Source of the DNA: a virus
Lineage: Duplodnaviria; Caudoviricetes
Strand: one strand, 5' to 3'
DNA length: 37,315 nucleotides
IMG/VR virus record: IMGVR_UViG_3300021082_000067
Coordinates: 1-37,315 of that record
Positions 25,829-35,175 of this stretch are shown here, piece by piece. A program made the translations under genes and the position numbers. Numbering within the stretch: position 1 is the first letter of the stretch; every line of letters starts with the position of its first letter. The notes beneath the pieces are model-generated. The model was given only the letters and a program-made list of their open reading frames with translations. It did no database searches and had not been told where the DNA came from.

Positions 25829-28800
25829 TGACTGAATACACACGTGATGAGTACATAGCACAGTTCGGCACTGATCCTGACGAGGACATGGCCGATCCTA
25901 GTGGTGGTGGTGTTGCTAGTCATATCAAGTCAGCAATAGTAGGTGCTGTTGGTATACCTACCGATGCTATCAATCTGCTACCTACCATCAAGCGTGGTGC
26001 TGCTGCACTCATCAACAGCTACGGCACAGACAAGAAGTTCTTGGATGAGTTCTATGACCAGACACACATCACGGGGGCTAGGCAACACGTACAAGATCAC
26101 CTTGATACAGTCGTGGAGTCATGGAAGCAACAAGACCCGTCGTTGTCCGATGATGACATCAACAAAGGCATTGAGGACTATAAGAAGACTAAGGACTTTG
26201 AAGAGTTCACTATGTCACAGCTTGCCAACACGCAGTGGTTGACAAGTAAAGTTAAAGACACTACGCGCAGACTACTAGGTGATGAGCGACCAGAGTCACA
26301 ACGCTCATGGACAGAGAGTGCAGCAGAAGCAGTAGGAGGTGCGCTTGTTCCGGGTCCGCAAGGCTGGGCTAATGCTGCTAGGGCTGGTCTTACTGGCGTA
26401 CCTATCCTTGGTCGTGCTGCTAACTCCCTCGTTGGGCGTGGTACACTACGTACTGCGGAGGCTTTAACACCACTGACGATGCCTTACACGCCAGCTAACA
26501 TCGCTGTTAACGCTGGTGCTGGTATAGCGATTGATCAAGCGACACGTTGGGCTACAGGTGAGTCAACAGCATTCACACCTACTGATACAGATGACAGTGG
26601 CATAGGTACACTAGCAGCTACAGGCTTGGGCATTGCAGGTATAGCTGCATTCGCTGCTGCTATCAAGGGTAGGAACACACGTGCATTGCAGCAGCTAGGC
26701 AATCTATCACCTACTGAGCGTGCTGTGTTAGCTACACCATCAGTTGACCTACGCGCACCTGATGAGTTGAAGGCTGGTGAAGCTAGTATACTAGGTGGCG
26801 TCGAGCGGCAAGCTGATCCTTATGCTTCATTAGATGAACAGGGTGCAGTTACAGCGACAGCACGCAGAGTTACAGATGCATTCGTTGATCGTGGTCATAC
26901 GCTTACTAAGGCAGTGGAAGATGAGAGTGGACTAGAGCGTGCTATTGAACTAGCACACCAGCGTACAGCGTTGACAGGTTCTATTCTCAATGATCGTGTT
27001 AGAGCACACACTGAGGTGATGTTGCGTCCTGTGTTGACTGCACTTGATGCTATGCCAGCAGGGGAACGTCGTGCTGCACAGCTAGGTTGGCAGATGGCAG
27101 CGTTGAAGGCGGATAGGAATGCTATCATCCAGCATCTAGATGATCGCGTCAACTCACTCAATCATACTATCACCAACTCGCAAGACCCTGCCGCAGTGAC
27201 AAGAGCGCAGAGTGAGTTAGCACTAGTGCAGAATGACCGCATGAGGTTGATCAACGATGACCCTGATGCGCGTATTCGTATACCTGATGTAGCTCGACAG
27301 TATTGGGAACCAATAGCTGACAAGTTCATAGCTGATCAATCACCACGCATGATGCGATTGAAGCGTGAGATCAAGGCATGGGCCGATCGTGTGTTAGACA
27401 TGCAGGTTGCACAAGGTACGTTGTCTAGACCACACCGTGATCTATTACGCACACGTAATGAGTTCTATGTACCTACCATTGATGACCCACTCAAGGGTGC
27501 ACGTGGTGTACGTAGGCTGTATAGGAGCATCGTCAACAACGCTAAGTCATCGTTGACTAAAGACAGCATGGGTGTAGGTGGTAGTGTAGGTAGGGAGTCA
27601 CCTATTGAGAAGCTGGACTTAGATGTCAATCAACCATACACCGACTTCCAGAAGCGGTTCAGAGAGAGCAGAGTTACTAGACCACTAGAACCTGCTGCTG
27701 CTATACGTAGGTATACTGAGGATATGCTGAACCACGTATCAAAGACGATGATGCGTAACACTCATCTGCGTGAGCTAGGGTTCGTTGGTCCTAATGTGTA
27801 CTCACGCTTCTACCGTGATGGGTACATAGACATAGTACGTGTCAATGGCAGGGAGTGGTTCAGCGCAGCAGAGTTAGACAATCCAGCTACATCATTACAG
27901 AAGCACCTAGATGATCGTCATGTGGTGCCTGAGTGGGACAACGGCAGGGTTAGGCTGTGGAAGCTGGGCGATATAGAGATGGCAAGCGCACTACGCGCTG
28001 ATCCTGTCATCACTACGGGTGCTGTCAAGAGTATGTCTACAGCTACTCGTTGGTTCAAGATGCTGACTACAGGCTACGGCAACCCGTTCTGGGCAATCAA
28101 GGGTGCTGGGTATGATACTAGTATAGGTATGCTGACACGCAACGCTGGTCGTGCGTTCGGTGGTGCTTCTTATCTAGCACATAGGTTCCTACCTGAGTCC
28201 ATAGCTAGAGGTGTAGTAGGTAGGATACCTGATCCTACTGCTATACCCGGTGCAGTGGTGCATTCATTCAAAGCACTAGGTGAGGTACACGCACACTACT
28301 TTGCACGCTTCATAGCAACGAAGCTAGAGAACCAGAACGGTGCGTTCAAGGTGTTGGCTAGTGCGATGGGTCAGCCAGCGTATCAGCGCATGGTACATGC
28401 TGCTACTCGGTTGTCATACATCACAGCTAACCTACCGACGCTGCGTATGATCAGAGAGGGTGTGGCGCATAGCAGCGGTACAGTTGATAACATCCACAAG
28501 GTACGCGATGCACACGCGATGATGCGTGATGCTATACCTAACTCATTACATGCAGCTTGGACCTTCTATAGGGATGTCATCAACGCTGTATACTTGGGAC
28601 CGAAGCGCATGTTCTTCACTGAGAACCATGCGCTGTTAGCTAATAGGTATAGAGGCGCACACAACATACCACAAGGCGAAGTTGATAGGTTGATAGCGGA
28701 GACACGTGCGCTTGGTGGCAACATGGCATTGGTGCCAGCCAACAAGAAGATGCAAGACATTGAAGCTATGGTGCCTTACCTCACACAGACTAAGCTAGGC

Positions 28801-30117
28801 ACCTATCACTTGATGAGTAATATGTTTGGTAAGGATACCTATAGCTACGTGCTACCACGCACCATGATGATGATGTACGGCATAGGTCAGTCGATGTACA
28901 TGATGACCTATTGGAACGACGAGAGTAGGAACGAGTACTGGAAGCGCACTAGTGAGTACGACAGATGGCGCTTTATAGTTGTACCTACTATGAAGTTAGC
29001 AATGGCATGGGCTAATGGTGGTGACTTACCCTATAGCCGTGATCTGTACTACAAGATACCACTGCCACCTGACCTAGTAGGTATAGTCGCTGGCACTGGT
29101 GCAATCATGCAAACGCTGGGCATGTTGCCAGCTAACATGACGCCTACTCCTATCTCTAGAGAGTTGCCTAACATCATCCTCGATAGCTTGACACCAGCAG
29201 CACCGCCATTGATACAAGCTATGCTAGGTGCGAGTGGTATGAAGCTCGATCCACAGTCCGCGGACATACGCGGTGGTGCGTGGGTCAGGAACATGCAGAG
29301 TAACTTTAGACAGGGACCACAAGCGGAGCAAGCTACATCGCTAGGACAGATAAGCACTTCCACTAGTCTCATTATGAATGCGCTGTTCGGTGCGATGGGT
29401 AGTCACCTAGCTGTAGGGCTTGATACTCTATTACATGCATCACGCTATGACATATCAACAGGTAAGCTGACAGAGCGTGGTAGCTACGACTTTGCTAAGG
29501 GGTTGCAAGCTGCAACAGGTGAGGTGTGGAAGCGAGCAACATCAAGCATACCTGATGTGCCGTTGCTGTGGAAGAACGAAGAGAAGTATAGTGTCACTAC
29601 ACCAACGTGGAAGTATGTCAGTGAGAACACAGGGCATATACGCAGTATACAGGGCATGGAGAACAAGGCTATGGGCAAGCAAGCTCAAGCCGATCAAGAG
29701 ATGCGACGTAGCGTTGGTGGTATGCAGCATCAGCAGCTAGAGGACAAGGTGCTGATACGTATATCACAGGAGGTGAAGGAATGGAATGCACCTAGCGGTG
29801 AGCTAGGCAAGCTACGCAAGGTGTATCAGGACTACGGCAAGATGGCTGAGTCACTGAATAACAAGTACGACTTGTCAGCAGATGAGCAACGCGCTAGGAA
29901 GAACCAGATCATCAGGTTGCAACAGGATAACCTAGAGCAACAGCATCTAGCTATGAAGTTCAAGGAAGCAGAGTTCGATCACAACTACGGTAAGTATCTG
30001 CGGCAACGTCAACAGGGTCGAGAGATAACCATGCAATCGCTCGACCAGATGATGCGTGAAAGCATCGGCGGTTCTAATCCGCTAGAGTCTGCACGTGGTG
30101 AAGCTACGTCTGACTAA
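25828..30117 (+). CDS. Large internal virion protein (1429 aa), C-terminal LPD38-like region
   Basis: Last late gene, helical; YDRWRFIVVP...YYKIPLPPDL resembles LPD38; GTG start coupled to TAG. Confidence 0.65.
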   Translation: MTEYTRDEYIAQFGTDPDEDMADPSGGGVASHIKSAIVGAVGIPTDAINLLPTIKRGAAALINSYGTDKKFLDEFYDQTHITGARQHVQDHLDTVVESWKQQDPSLSDDDINKGIEDYKKTKDFEEFTMSQLANTQWLTSKVKDTTRRLLGDERPESQRSWTESAAEAVGGALVPGPQGWANAARAGLTGVPILGRAANSLVGRGTLRTAEALTPLTMPYTPANIAVNAGAGIAIDQATRWATGESTAFTPTDTDDSGIGTLAATGLGIAGIAAFAAAIKGRNTRALQQLGNLSPTERAVLATPSVDLRAPDELKAGEASILGGVERQADPYASLDEQGAVTATARRVTDAFVDRGHTLTKAVEDESGLERAIELAHQRTALTGSILNDRVRAHTEVMLRPVLTALDAMPAGERRAAQLGWQMAALKADRNAIIQHLDDRVNSLNHTITNSQDPAAVTRAQSELALVQNDRMRLINDDPDARIRIPDVARQYWEPIADKFIADQSPRMMRLKREIKAWADRVLDMQVAQGTLSRPHRDLLRTRNEFYVPTIDDPLKGARGVRRLYRSIVNNAKSSLTKDSMGVGGSVGRESPIEKLDLDVNQPYTDFQKRFRESRVTRPLEPAAAIRRYTEDMLNHVSKTMMRNTHLRELGFVGPNVYSRFYRDGYIDIVRVNGREWFSAAELDNPATSLQKHLDDRHVVPEWDNGRVRLWKLGDIEMASALRADPVITTGAVKSMSTATRWFKMLTTGYGNPFWAIKGAGYDTSIGMLTRNAGRAFGGASYLAHRFLPESIARGVVGRIPDPTAIPGAVVHSFKALGEVHAHYFARFIATKLENQNGAFKVLASAMGQPAYQRMVHAATRLSYITANLPTLRMIREGVAHSSGTVDNIHKVRDAHAMMRDAIPNSLHAAWTFYRDVINAVYLGPKRMFFTENHALLANRYRGAHNIPQGEVDRLIAETRALGGNMALVPANKKMQDIEAMVPYLTQTKLGTYHLMSNMFGKDTYSYVLPRTMMMMYGIGQSMYMMTYWNDESRNEYWKRTSEYDRWRFIVVPTMKLAMAWANGGDLPYSRDLYYKIPLPPDLVGIVAGTGAIMQTLGMLPANMTPTPISRELPNIILDSLTPAAPPLIQAMLGASGMKLDPQSADIRGGAWVRNMQSNFRQGPQAEQATSLGQISTSTSLIMNALFGAMGSHLAVGLDTLLHASRYDISTGKLTERGSYDFAKGLQAATGEVWKRATSSIPDVPLLWKNEEKYSVTTPTWKYVSENTGHIRSIQGMENKAMGKQAQADQEMRRSVGGMQHQQLEDKVLIRISQEVKEWNAPSGELGKLRKVYQDYGKMAESLNNKYDLSADEQRARKNQIIRLQQDNLEQQHLAMKFKEAEFDHNYGKYLRQRQQGREITMQSLDQMMRESIGGSNPLESARGEATSD

Positions 30118-30316
30118 GCACGTCTGCGTCAGTGCGTAGCTTGGTATCACGCAGCATATCAGCAAGGCTCTCATTTGTCATAGCTTGTGATATGCAGTCT
30201 ACATGCTTGATGCTGCGTGGCTTATAGCGGTCAGCGTTCTCACGCAACTGCTTAGCCTTCACCTCAAGGTAGTCAGCTAAGCTAGTCAGGTTCTCAAACA
30301 CATAACGTACAGTCAT
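30104..30316 (-). CDS. Hypothetical protein (70 aa)
   Basis: ATG overlaps polymerase TGA; AGGAG RBS. Confidence 0.75.
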   Translation of the reverse strand: MTVRYVFENLTSLADYLEVKAKQLRENADRYKPRSIKHVDCISQAMTNESLADMLRDTKLRTDADVLSQT

Positions 30317-32841
30317 GCTACTATCTCCTTGCGTTTCAGCTTCTTGATAGTTGACCACCTGTGAACACCATGTTCATCAGGTACACTCATAGCACACTCA
30401 GCAGGTATGATGAGTGGCTTATCACCCACTATGATGGGTGCCTCTGCGTGTTTCACCAACACTCGCAACGCCTGTTTGGCAACTGAGTGGTGAGCTATGC
30501 CAATCAACCCGTCGTGTGTGTTAAGTGCTACACGTGCCTTGCCTTTAGGCCATTGTGGATCGTCGTGTGACTTATAGATGACGCGACATATGTGATCACC
30601 TACCGTTGACTGTGGATAGAAAGCCACAATGGCTTCGGTACTTTCATCCGTGACAGGAATAAGTTGAACATATCGCCGACCATAGGCGTTATAGATAGCA
30701 CGTTGGTTTCTCACACGATTTAGGTCTTCTTCCCACCCAACCTTGAGTTCAGGCGTTAGTCTGTGGTACTTGACAAACGCCTCACTAGCTGTTGATAGTG
30801 ATAAGCCTGTGGTTAGAGCTAGTCTATCTGGCATCATACGGTAGTTAAGACCATGACGACACCTCTTAGCAATGTACCTGATGGTGGGCTTGCCCGCCCT
30901 CTCGCTGTCGTAGTCAATACCATCACGCTTCGCGGCGATTGCGTCCAAGGGATAACGGTCGAACGCGGGAACGTCGTTGTACGGTACATCGAACATATCA
31001 CTGGCAAGAGCGCGGTGGCAGTCGTAGCTCCCATCACGTCGCGCACGCTCGAACTGTTCTATCCACGTCGCAATGCCGTAGCGCCAACCAACAACTCGCG
31101 CCTCCGCTTGGCTGCCGTCAATGTAGATAAAGCAGCAGTCGGGGTCCGCAATAAACATCTCCTTCGCGCGGTCGGGGATGTTTTGTAGGTTGCCACCACT
31201 ACCCCATAGTGTTTGGGCAGATGATAGTCTACCGGGTGCGTTGCGTACACCTGTTTGTCTGTAGTCGCAACGCATCCGGTTGTCTGCATCAGGTCGTGCA
31301 GATGCATACACCGAATAGAACTTGTCATCCTCAATGTAAGCATCAACAGCATCCAGCACACGACGTGCTGCATCTGTGGTGCGTGGGTGCTTACGCATTA
31401 GCTGCCGGTTTGTGTAGTCTGTGCTTGTACCTCTACCTACTAGCTTCAACTTGGTAAAGTACAAGTCAGCCATCTGCTTCGGTGAGTTAGGGTTAGGTTC
31501 ATAGCACGCATCACCTACTGCTGCTTGTACTGCACCATAGAACTCAAGCAGCTTATCCTGTAAATCAGCATACAGGTTGCCGGGTGTGTTCTCATCTAGC
31601 ATGTTACGTCGCAGGTCCATGTCGTTGAGCACACCACCTACAGTCATCCACACAAGGTGCTGCTGCAAGCGCATGACATGCTCGAAGTAGAACTGATCTA
31701 GCTTCTGCTCTTTAAGCTCCTTAAGGATGCCCTCATTGCTAGCAAGTGTAAGTGCACAGTCTTTACAGTTGTATACCCAGAAGTTGCTGATACCACCTGT
31801 ATGTCGCCACTCATCCTTCTCGTTCTTGTAGAACGGGTGAGTGGTGTACTGCTTAACAATGAAGCCAAGATCGTGGGGCATAGTAGGGTATAGCACATGA
31901 TGACCAAGCATCGTGTCTGAGTATGCTTGCCTACAACGAATGTTATCCTTGAACCATAGCCACGCCATGTCAAAGCCTCCATTCTGCCACACCATCTTTG
32001 TGCTTGGCGAAGCATAGAGGAGTTGCAAGTGGAGTCGTATGTCGGCTTCTTCTTCTGTAGTGTAGATGTTGCGTTCTTCATCTCTGAACGCGATACACAT
32101 GGCCTCCTTTGTAGACGCAGCAAGCCCGACGCAAGCAGTCTCATTAGCGATAACCTCGATGTCACTGGAGATCGGAGTACGCAGGGACTTACAGTGAAGA
32201 ATATATTGTACAGCTTCCTTGTACGTGGGATTGACAAGGGCGTTGACTGTATACTCAGTATACCTATTTGAGAGAACGGGGTTGAGTTTGTCATTGATGT
32301 CCATGTCGAATACGATGTGAGCCATAGGATCGCGAGCGCAGAAGGCGGGGTTAAAGGTACACACAGCTTTCACTGCTTTGTTACCCACCATGCAGTCAAC
32401 CACACTGCCGCGCCAGTTGGTTATACCCTTACAGCCGGTGACTGCATCGACTGCATAGTTGCCCAGCAGTAGTAGGTACTTGAGGTTGGGTAGGTGTTGT
32501 AGCTCCCACATCAATAGCTCTTGCCACGCTACTAACTCGAACTTACCAACTGCTTTCTGTGTAGCCTTGTCACCCACGCCGAATGCTACTTGACGCTTCA
32601 CTACGTTAGACACGTAGCAATCCTGTCGCTTCACTGTCGGACAGTACTGACGCAGTGACTTCCACAGTATGTTACCACTGCCACCTACCATTGGTGTACC
32701 TTGTGCTATCTCATTGCGACCGGGTGCTTCACCTATGATAGCTAGCTCAGCTTCAATCGTACCACCCATCATGCATTCAACTTGCATGTCTGCTGTCTGT
32801 GCTTGCAGCATGAAGCGTTCTTTCAGTTCATACATATTCAT
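30313..32841 (-). CDS. Family A DNA polymerase with N-terminal uracil-DNA-glycosylase-like domain
   Basis: GEAPG UDG motif; Exo I DIE, Exo II NGGFD, Exo III YNCKD; GRLSS, NLQNIP, motif A DGSQAEAR, motif B KRCRHGLNY, motif C HDG. Confidence 0.95.
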   Translation of the reverse strand: MNMYELKERFMLQAQTADMQVECMMGGTIEAELAIIGEAPGRNEIAQGTPMVGGSGNILWKSLRQYCPTVKRQDCYVSNVVKRQVAFGVGDKATQKAVGKFELVAWQELLMWELQHLPNLKYLLLLGNYAVDAVTGCKGITNWRGSVVDCMVGNKAVKAVCTFNPAFCARDPMAHIVFDMDINDKLNPVLSNRYTEYTVNALVNPTYKEAVQYILHCKSLRTPISSDIEVIANETACVGLAASTKEAMCIAFRDEERNIYTTEEEADIRLHLQLLYASPSTKMVWQNGGFDMAWLWFKDNIRCRQAYSDTMLGHHVLYPTMPHDLGFIVKQYTTHPFYKNEKDEWRHTGGISNFWVYNCKDCALTLASNEGILKELKEQKLDQFYFEHVMRLQQHLVWMTVGGVLNDMDLRRNMLDENTPGNLYADLQDKLLEFYGAVQAAVGDACYEPNPNSPKQMADLYFTKLKLVGRGTSTDYTNRQLMRKHPRTTDAARRVLDAVDAYIEDDKFYSVYASARPDADNRMRCDYRQTGVRNAPGRLSSAQTLWGSGGNLQNIPDRAKEMFIADPDCCFIYIDGSQAEARVVGWRYGIATWIEQFERARRDGSYDCHRALASDMFDVPYNDVPAFDRYPLDAIAAKRDGIDYDSERAGKPTIRYIAKRCRHGLNYRMMPDRLALTTGLSLSTASEAFVKYHRLTPELKVGWEEDLNRVRNQRAIYNAYGRRYVQLIPVTDESTEAIVAFYPQSTVGDHICRVIYKSHDDPQWPKGKARVALNTHDGLIGIAHHSVAKQALRVLVKHAEAPIIVGDKPLIIPAECAMSVPDEHGVHRWSTIKKLKRKEIVA
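32249..32263. repeat. 15-bp palindromic box, exact copy 5
   Basis: GTATACTCAGTATAC inside the polymerase gene (YTEYT, UDG-exonuclease linker). Confidence 0.95.
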
Positions 32842-32845
32842 TGTG

Positions 32846-34177
32846 CTATACCTTCTTCTTCCAACCCATTGACTTCAGTGATGTAGCAAAGGCACGCTGG
32901 TCACTCAGCACAGTAGCGTGCTTAGCTGCACGTGTTAAGCCTGTATAGAAGTTAGGTCTACTCAAGTTGTAGAACGCACATGATGCCATGATGTAGCACA
33001 CGCGGTCATACTGCGAGCCTTGGCACTTGTGTGTAGTGAGAGCATAAGCTAGGTCGATGACCTTACGTGGATCGTATTGAAAGTGGTAACGCTTACGGAA
33101 GTTGTACTCATGCACCTTAGCTGGTAGCTCAACCACTCTATCACCGAAGTCGATCTCTAGTACACCAGCCATGTCGATTGCTATGACTATGCCTACTTCA
33201 CCATTCAGCATTTGTTTAGTCTCAGGGCATGGGATGAATGCGTTGAGTATACCTACACCTTCACTGTCGTACTCGGTGAAGCGTTGAGCATAGTCTCTCA
33301 AGTCGTAGCTATTCGTATTGCATACTACCTTATCACCAACACTGACAACGACACGGTACTTAGTCTCCCACTTGTTACGTGGTAGTTCGATCTTATCCTT
33401 CATGTCAGGATTGAACCGTGTCTGTAGTACGCTGTTCAATCGCATCGTACCTATGTCGCTCTTCCTAGCTGGCGAGATGATCTGGTTACTCAACGAACGC
33501 CAGTCAGTCTCATCACGTTTGATGAGTTCATACAAGCTATGTAGTACAGCATCAGCTAGCGTGATCTTGACATCCTGTGTCGATGTGAAGAACTGACCAC
33601 GATTGATACGCCTACCAGCTTCGATGATGCCGTTGCCTTCTGCTTGCCTATAGATGTTGTCGAGCGTGATGGTGTTAGGCATAGCTAAGCAGCGAGCAAA
33701 CGGTGATATTGGATCAGCTAATGCGCTGTTCTCTATAGGTGGGAGTTGTCGTATGTCACCAAAGACGCGCAATGCACCGCGACCTAGTGCTGCGACTAGA
33801 TCACGATGCAATGCTGTAGATACCATTGCGTACTCATCAACTATGACAACACCTTGATCAAGTGGGTTGCCAGCTTTACGTGCTGGCGTTGATGCAGATG
33901 TAGCTGCGCCTGTCTCTTCATCTAGATCAGGACGATTGAACTCCAGCAGCTTATGGATAGTCTGTGCTGGGTAGCCAGTAGCCTCACGTACTCGACGTGC
34001 AGCTTTACCAGTTGGTGCAGCAAGTGCAAACTCTACACCTTCTTCGGTTAGCTTATCACATACTTGTTTGATGATTGTAGTCTTACCCGTCCCTGCCTCA
34101 CCTGTTACACTGACAAGGCGCTTCTCTCCGTCAACACACATCTCAACTGCACGCAGTTGTTCTGCATCTAGGATCAT
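32846..34177 (-). CDS. RecD/Dda-like SF1B helicase
   Basis: GEAGTGKT, APTGKAA, TIHKLL, IVDE, GDIRQLPP, YALTTHKCQGSQ, YTGLTRA; GGAG RBS before ATG 34177. Confidence 0.93.
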   Translation of the reverse strand: MILDAEQLRAVEMCVDGEKRLVSVTGEAGTGKTTIIKQVCDKLTEEGVEFALAAPTGKAARRVREATGYPAQTIHKLLEFNRPDLDEETGAATSASTPARKAGNPLDQGVVIVDEYAMVSTALHRDLVAALGRGALRVFGDIRQLPPIENSALADPISPFARCLAMPNTITLDNIYRQAEGNGIIEAGRRINRGQFFTSTQDVKITLADAVLHSLYELIKRDETDWRSLSNQIISPARKSDIGTMRLNSVLQTRFNPDMKDKIELPRNKWETKYRVVVSVGDKVVCNTNSYDLRDYAQRFTEYDSEGVGILNAFIPCPETKQMLNGEVGIVIAIDMAGVLEIDFGDRVVELPAKVHEYNFRKRYHFQYDPRKVIDLAYALTTHKCQGSQYDRVCYIMASCAFYNLSRPNFYTGLTRAAKHATVLSDQRAFATSLKSMGWKKKV

Positions 34178-34213
34178 CTTTATCTCCACTATGTAGCGTG
34201 ATGATGAGTATGC

Positions 34214-34249
34214 AAACGCCACACACCGGGTTGCAATCAGTGTGTGGCG
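34214..34249 (-). terminator. Stem-loop, possible weak terminator or processing site
   Basis: CGCCACACAC / GTGTGTGGCG 10-bp stem; only TTT follows on minus strand. Confidence 0.45.
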
Positions 34250-34280
34250 CTGCTCGTCTATCGACTAGAAGAAGGCTAGA

Positions 34281-34571
34281 CTAGCCGACCGACGTAGCTC
34301 CATCCTCTTCACCACCACGCTTGGTGCTGATGATCTCATGCTTCACGCGAGTGAGGCCGAGGTTGGGATAGTCAGGCGTGTCCATGAACTCAATGACTTT
34401 GCGAGCATCACTGATAATGCGTTCGACTTTCAGCTTCGCACCGGGGATGACGTTGCCAGCTTCGTCCGTGACTTGGACGAAGAAGTGGAACGTGCGCTTC
34501 TGTGGTGCGCGGTTGACCGGCTTCTTAGCACTGCCGATGGACGAGGTAGCACGTGAAGGAGAAGTAGCCAT
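34281..34571 (-). CDS. Hypothetical protein (96 aa) with basic N-terminal arm
   Basis: GAGGA RBS; MATSPSRATSSIGSAKKPVNRAPQKR. Confidence 0.8.
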   Translation of the reverse strand: MATSPSRATSSIGSAKKPVNRAPQKRTFHFFVQVTDEAGNVIPGAKLKVERIISDARKVIEFMDTPDYPNLGLTRVKHEIISTKRGGEEDGATSVG

Positions 34572-34604
34572 GATAACGGTATCCTCTTGCAAGAGTTTGG
34601 AAGT

Positions 34605-34636
34605 TGTGCTAGGCGACGGTATTGCCGCCTAGCACA
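34605..34636. other. Intergenic stem-loop
   Basis: TGTGCTAGGCG / CGCCTAGCACA 11-bp stem. Confidence 0.7.
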
Positions 34637-34639
34637 TTA

Positions 34640-34654
34640 GTATACTGAGTATAC
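34640..34654. repeat. 15-bp palindromic box, exact copy 6
   Basis: GTATACTGAGTATAC immediately after SSB-like gene stop. Confidence 0.95.
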
Positions 34655-34655
34655 G

Positions 34656-35063
34656 TTAGACTGGCAAGACCTGACCGACTTCTGCACGTGGGTTACGCTC
34701 AAGGTCCATGCCGGTCTTGATACGTGCGCGAGCCTCGCGACCAACGAAGTCGCTAGGATCAATGGCGTTCGATGCAGCAACACCGAACGCTTTGCACACG
34801 TTCTTCATACGCCAACGATCAGCGGGGATGTCTCTCGACACCACGTTGAGCGTGAATGTCAACTCATCCACACCATCACCCGGATCGAAGTCAGCAGGGA
34901 ACTCGCTGCGTGGCACTTGCAGCGTCAACGTCAGCATAGGGTTGCCGCTGCTAGCTGCCAGCTTATCGACAGCAGCAGTGCAGACGCACTTGTATTCTCC
35001 CGGCGGGAGTTGCGGAGGTGCTTCCGCGTCAGCGATGTTAGAAGAGAAAGATAGTAAACCCAT
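34656..35063 (-). CDS. DUF669-like putative single-stranded DNA-binding protein
   Basis: LPPGEY...SGNPMLTLTL...DFVG pattern; adjacent to Sak4-like ATPase. Confidence 0.65.
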   Translation of the reverse strand: MGLLSFSSNIADAEAPPQLPPGEYKCVCTAAVDKLAASSGNPMLTLTLQVPRSEFPADFDPGDGVDELTFTLNVVSRDIPADRWRMKNVCKAFGVAASNAIDPSDFVGREARARIKTGMDLERNPRAEVGQVLPV

Positions 35064-35096
35064 CTTAGTAGTCCTTCTGCTTGTTGGTGACTATTC

Positions 35097-35124
35097 ACTC
35101 TACACACTACCGCACAACGAGCAA
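35097..35124 (-). promoter_or_regulatory. Possible leftward promoter for the SSB-like gene
   Basis: Minus strand TTGCTC, 16 nt, TAGAGT; downstream of hairpin GCATACTAC/GTAGTATGC (35153-35175). Confidence 0.4.
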
Positions 35125-35175
35125 GCCACCATAGCTAGCTGTGGGTAGATACGCATACTACAATTAGTAGTATGC

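Noticed and set aside
25828-30117. 1429-aa protein as a virion RNA polymerase
   Set aside because: No T7-type or DxDGD polymerase motifs recognised; position and LPD38-like end fit an ejection protein
31698-32294. 198-aa alternative-frame ORF inside the polymerase
   Set aside because: Same-strand off-frame ORF with Ser/Arg/Thr-rich shadow composition; polymerase frame is intact
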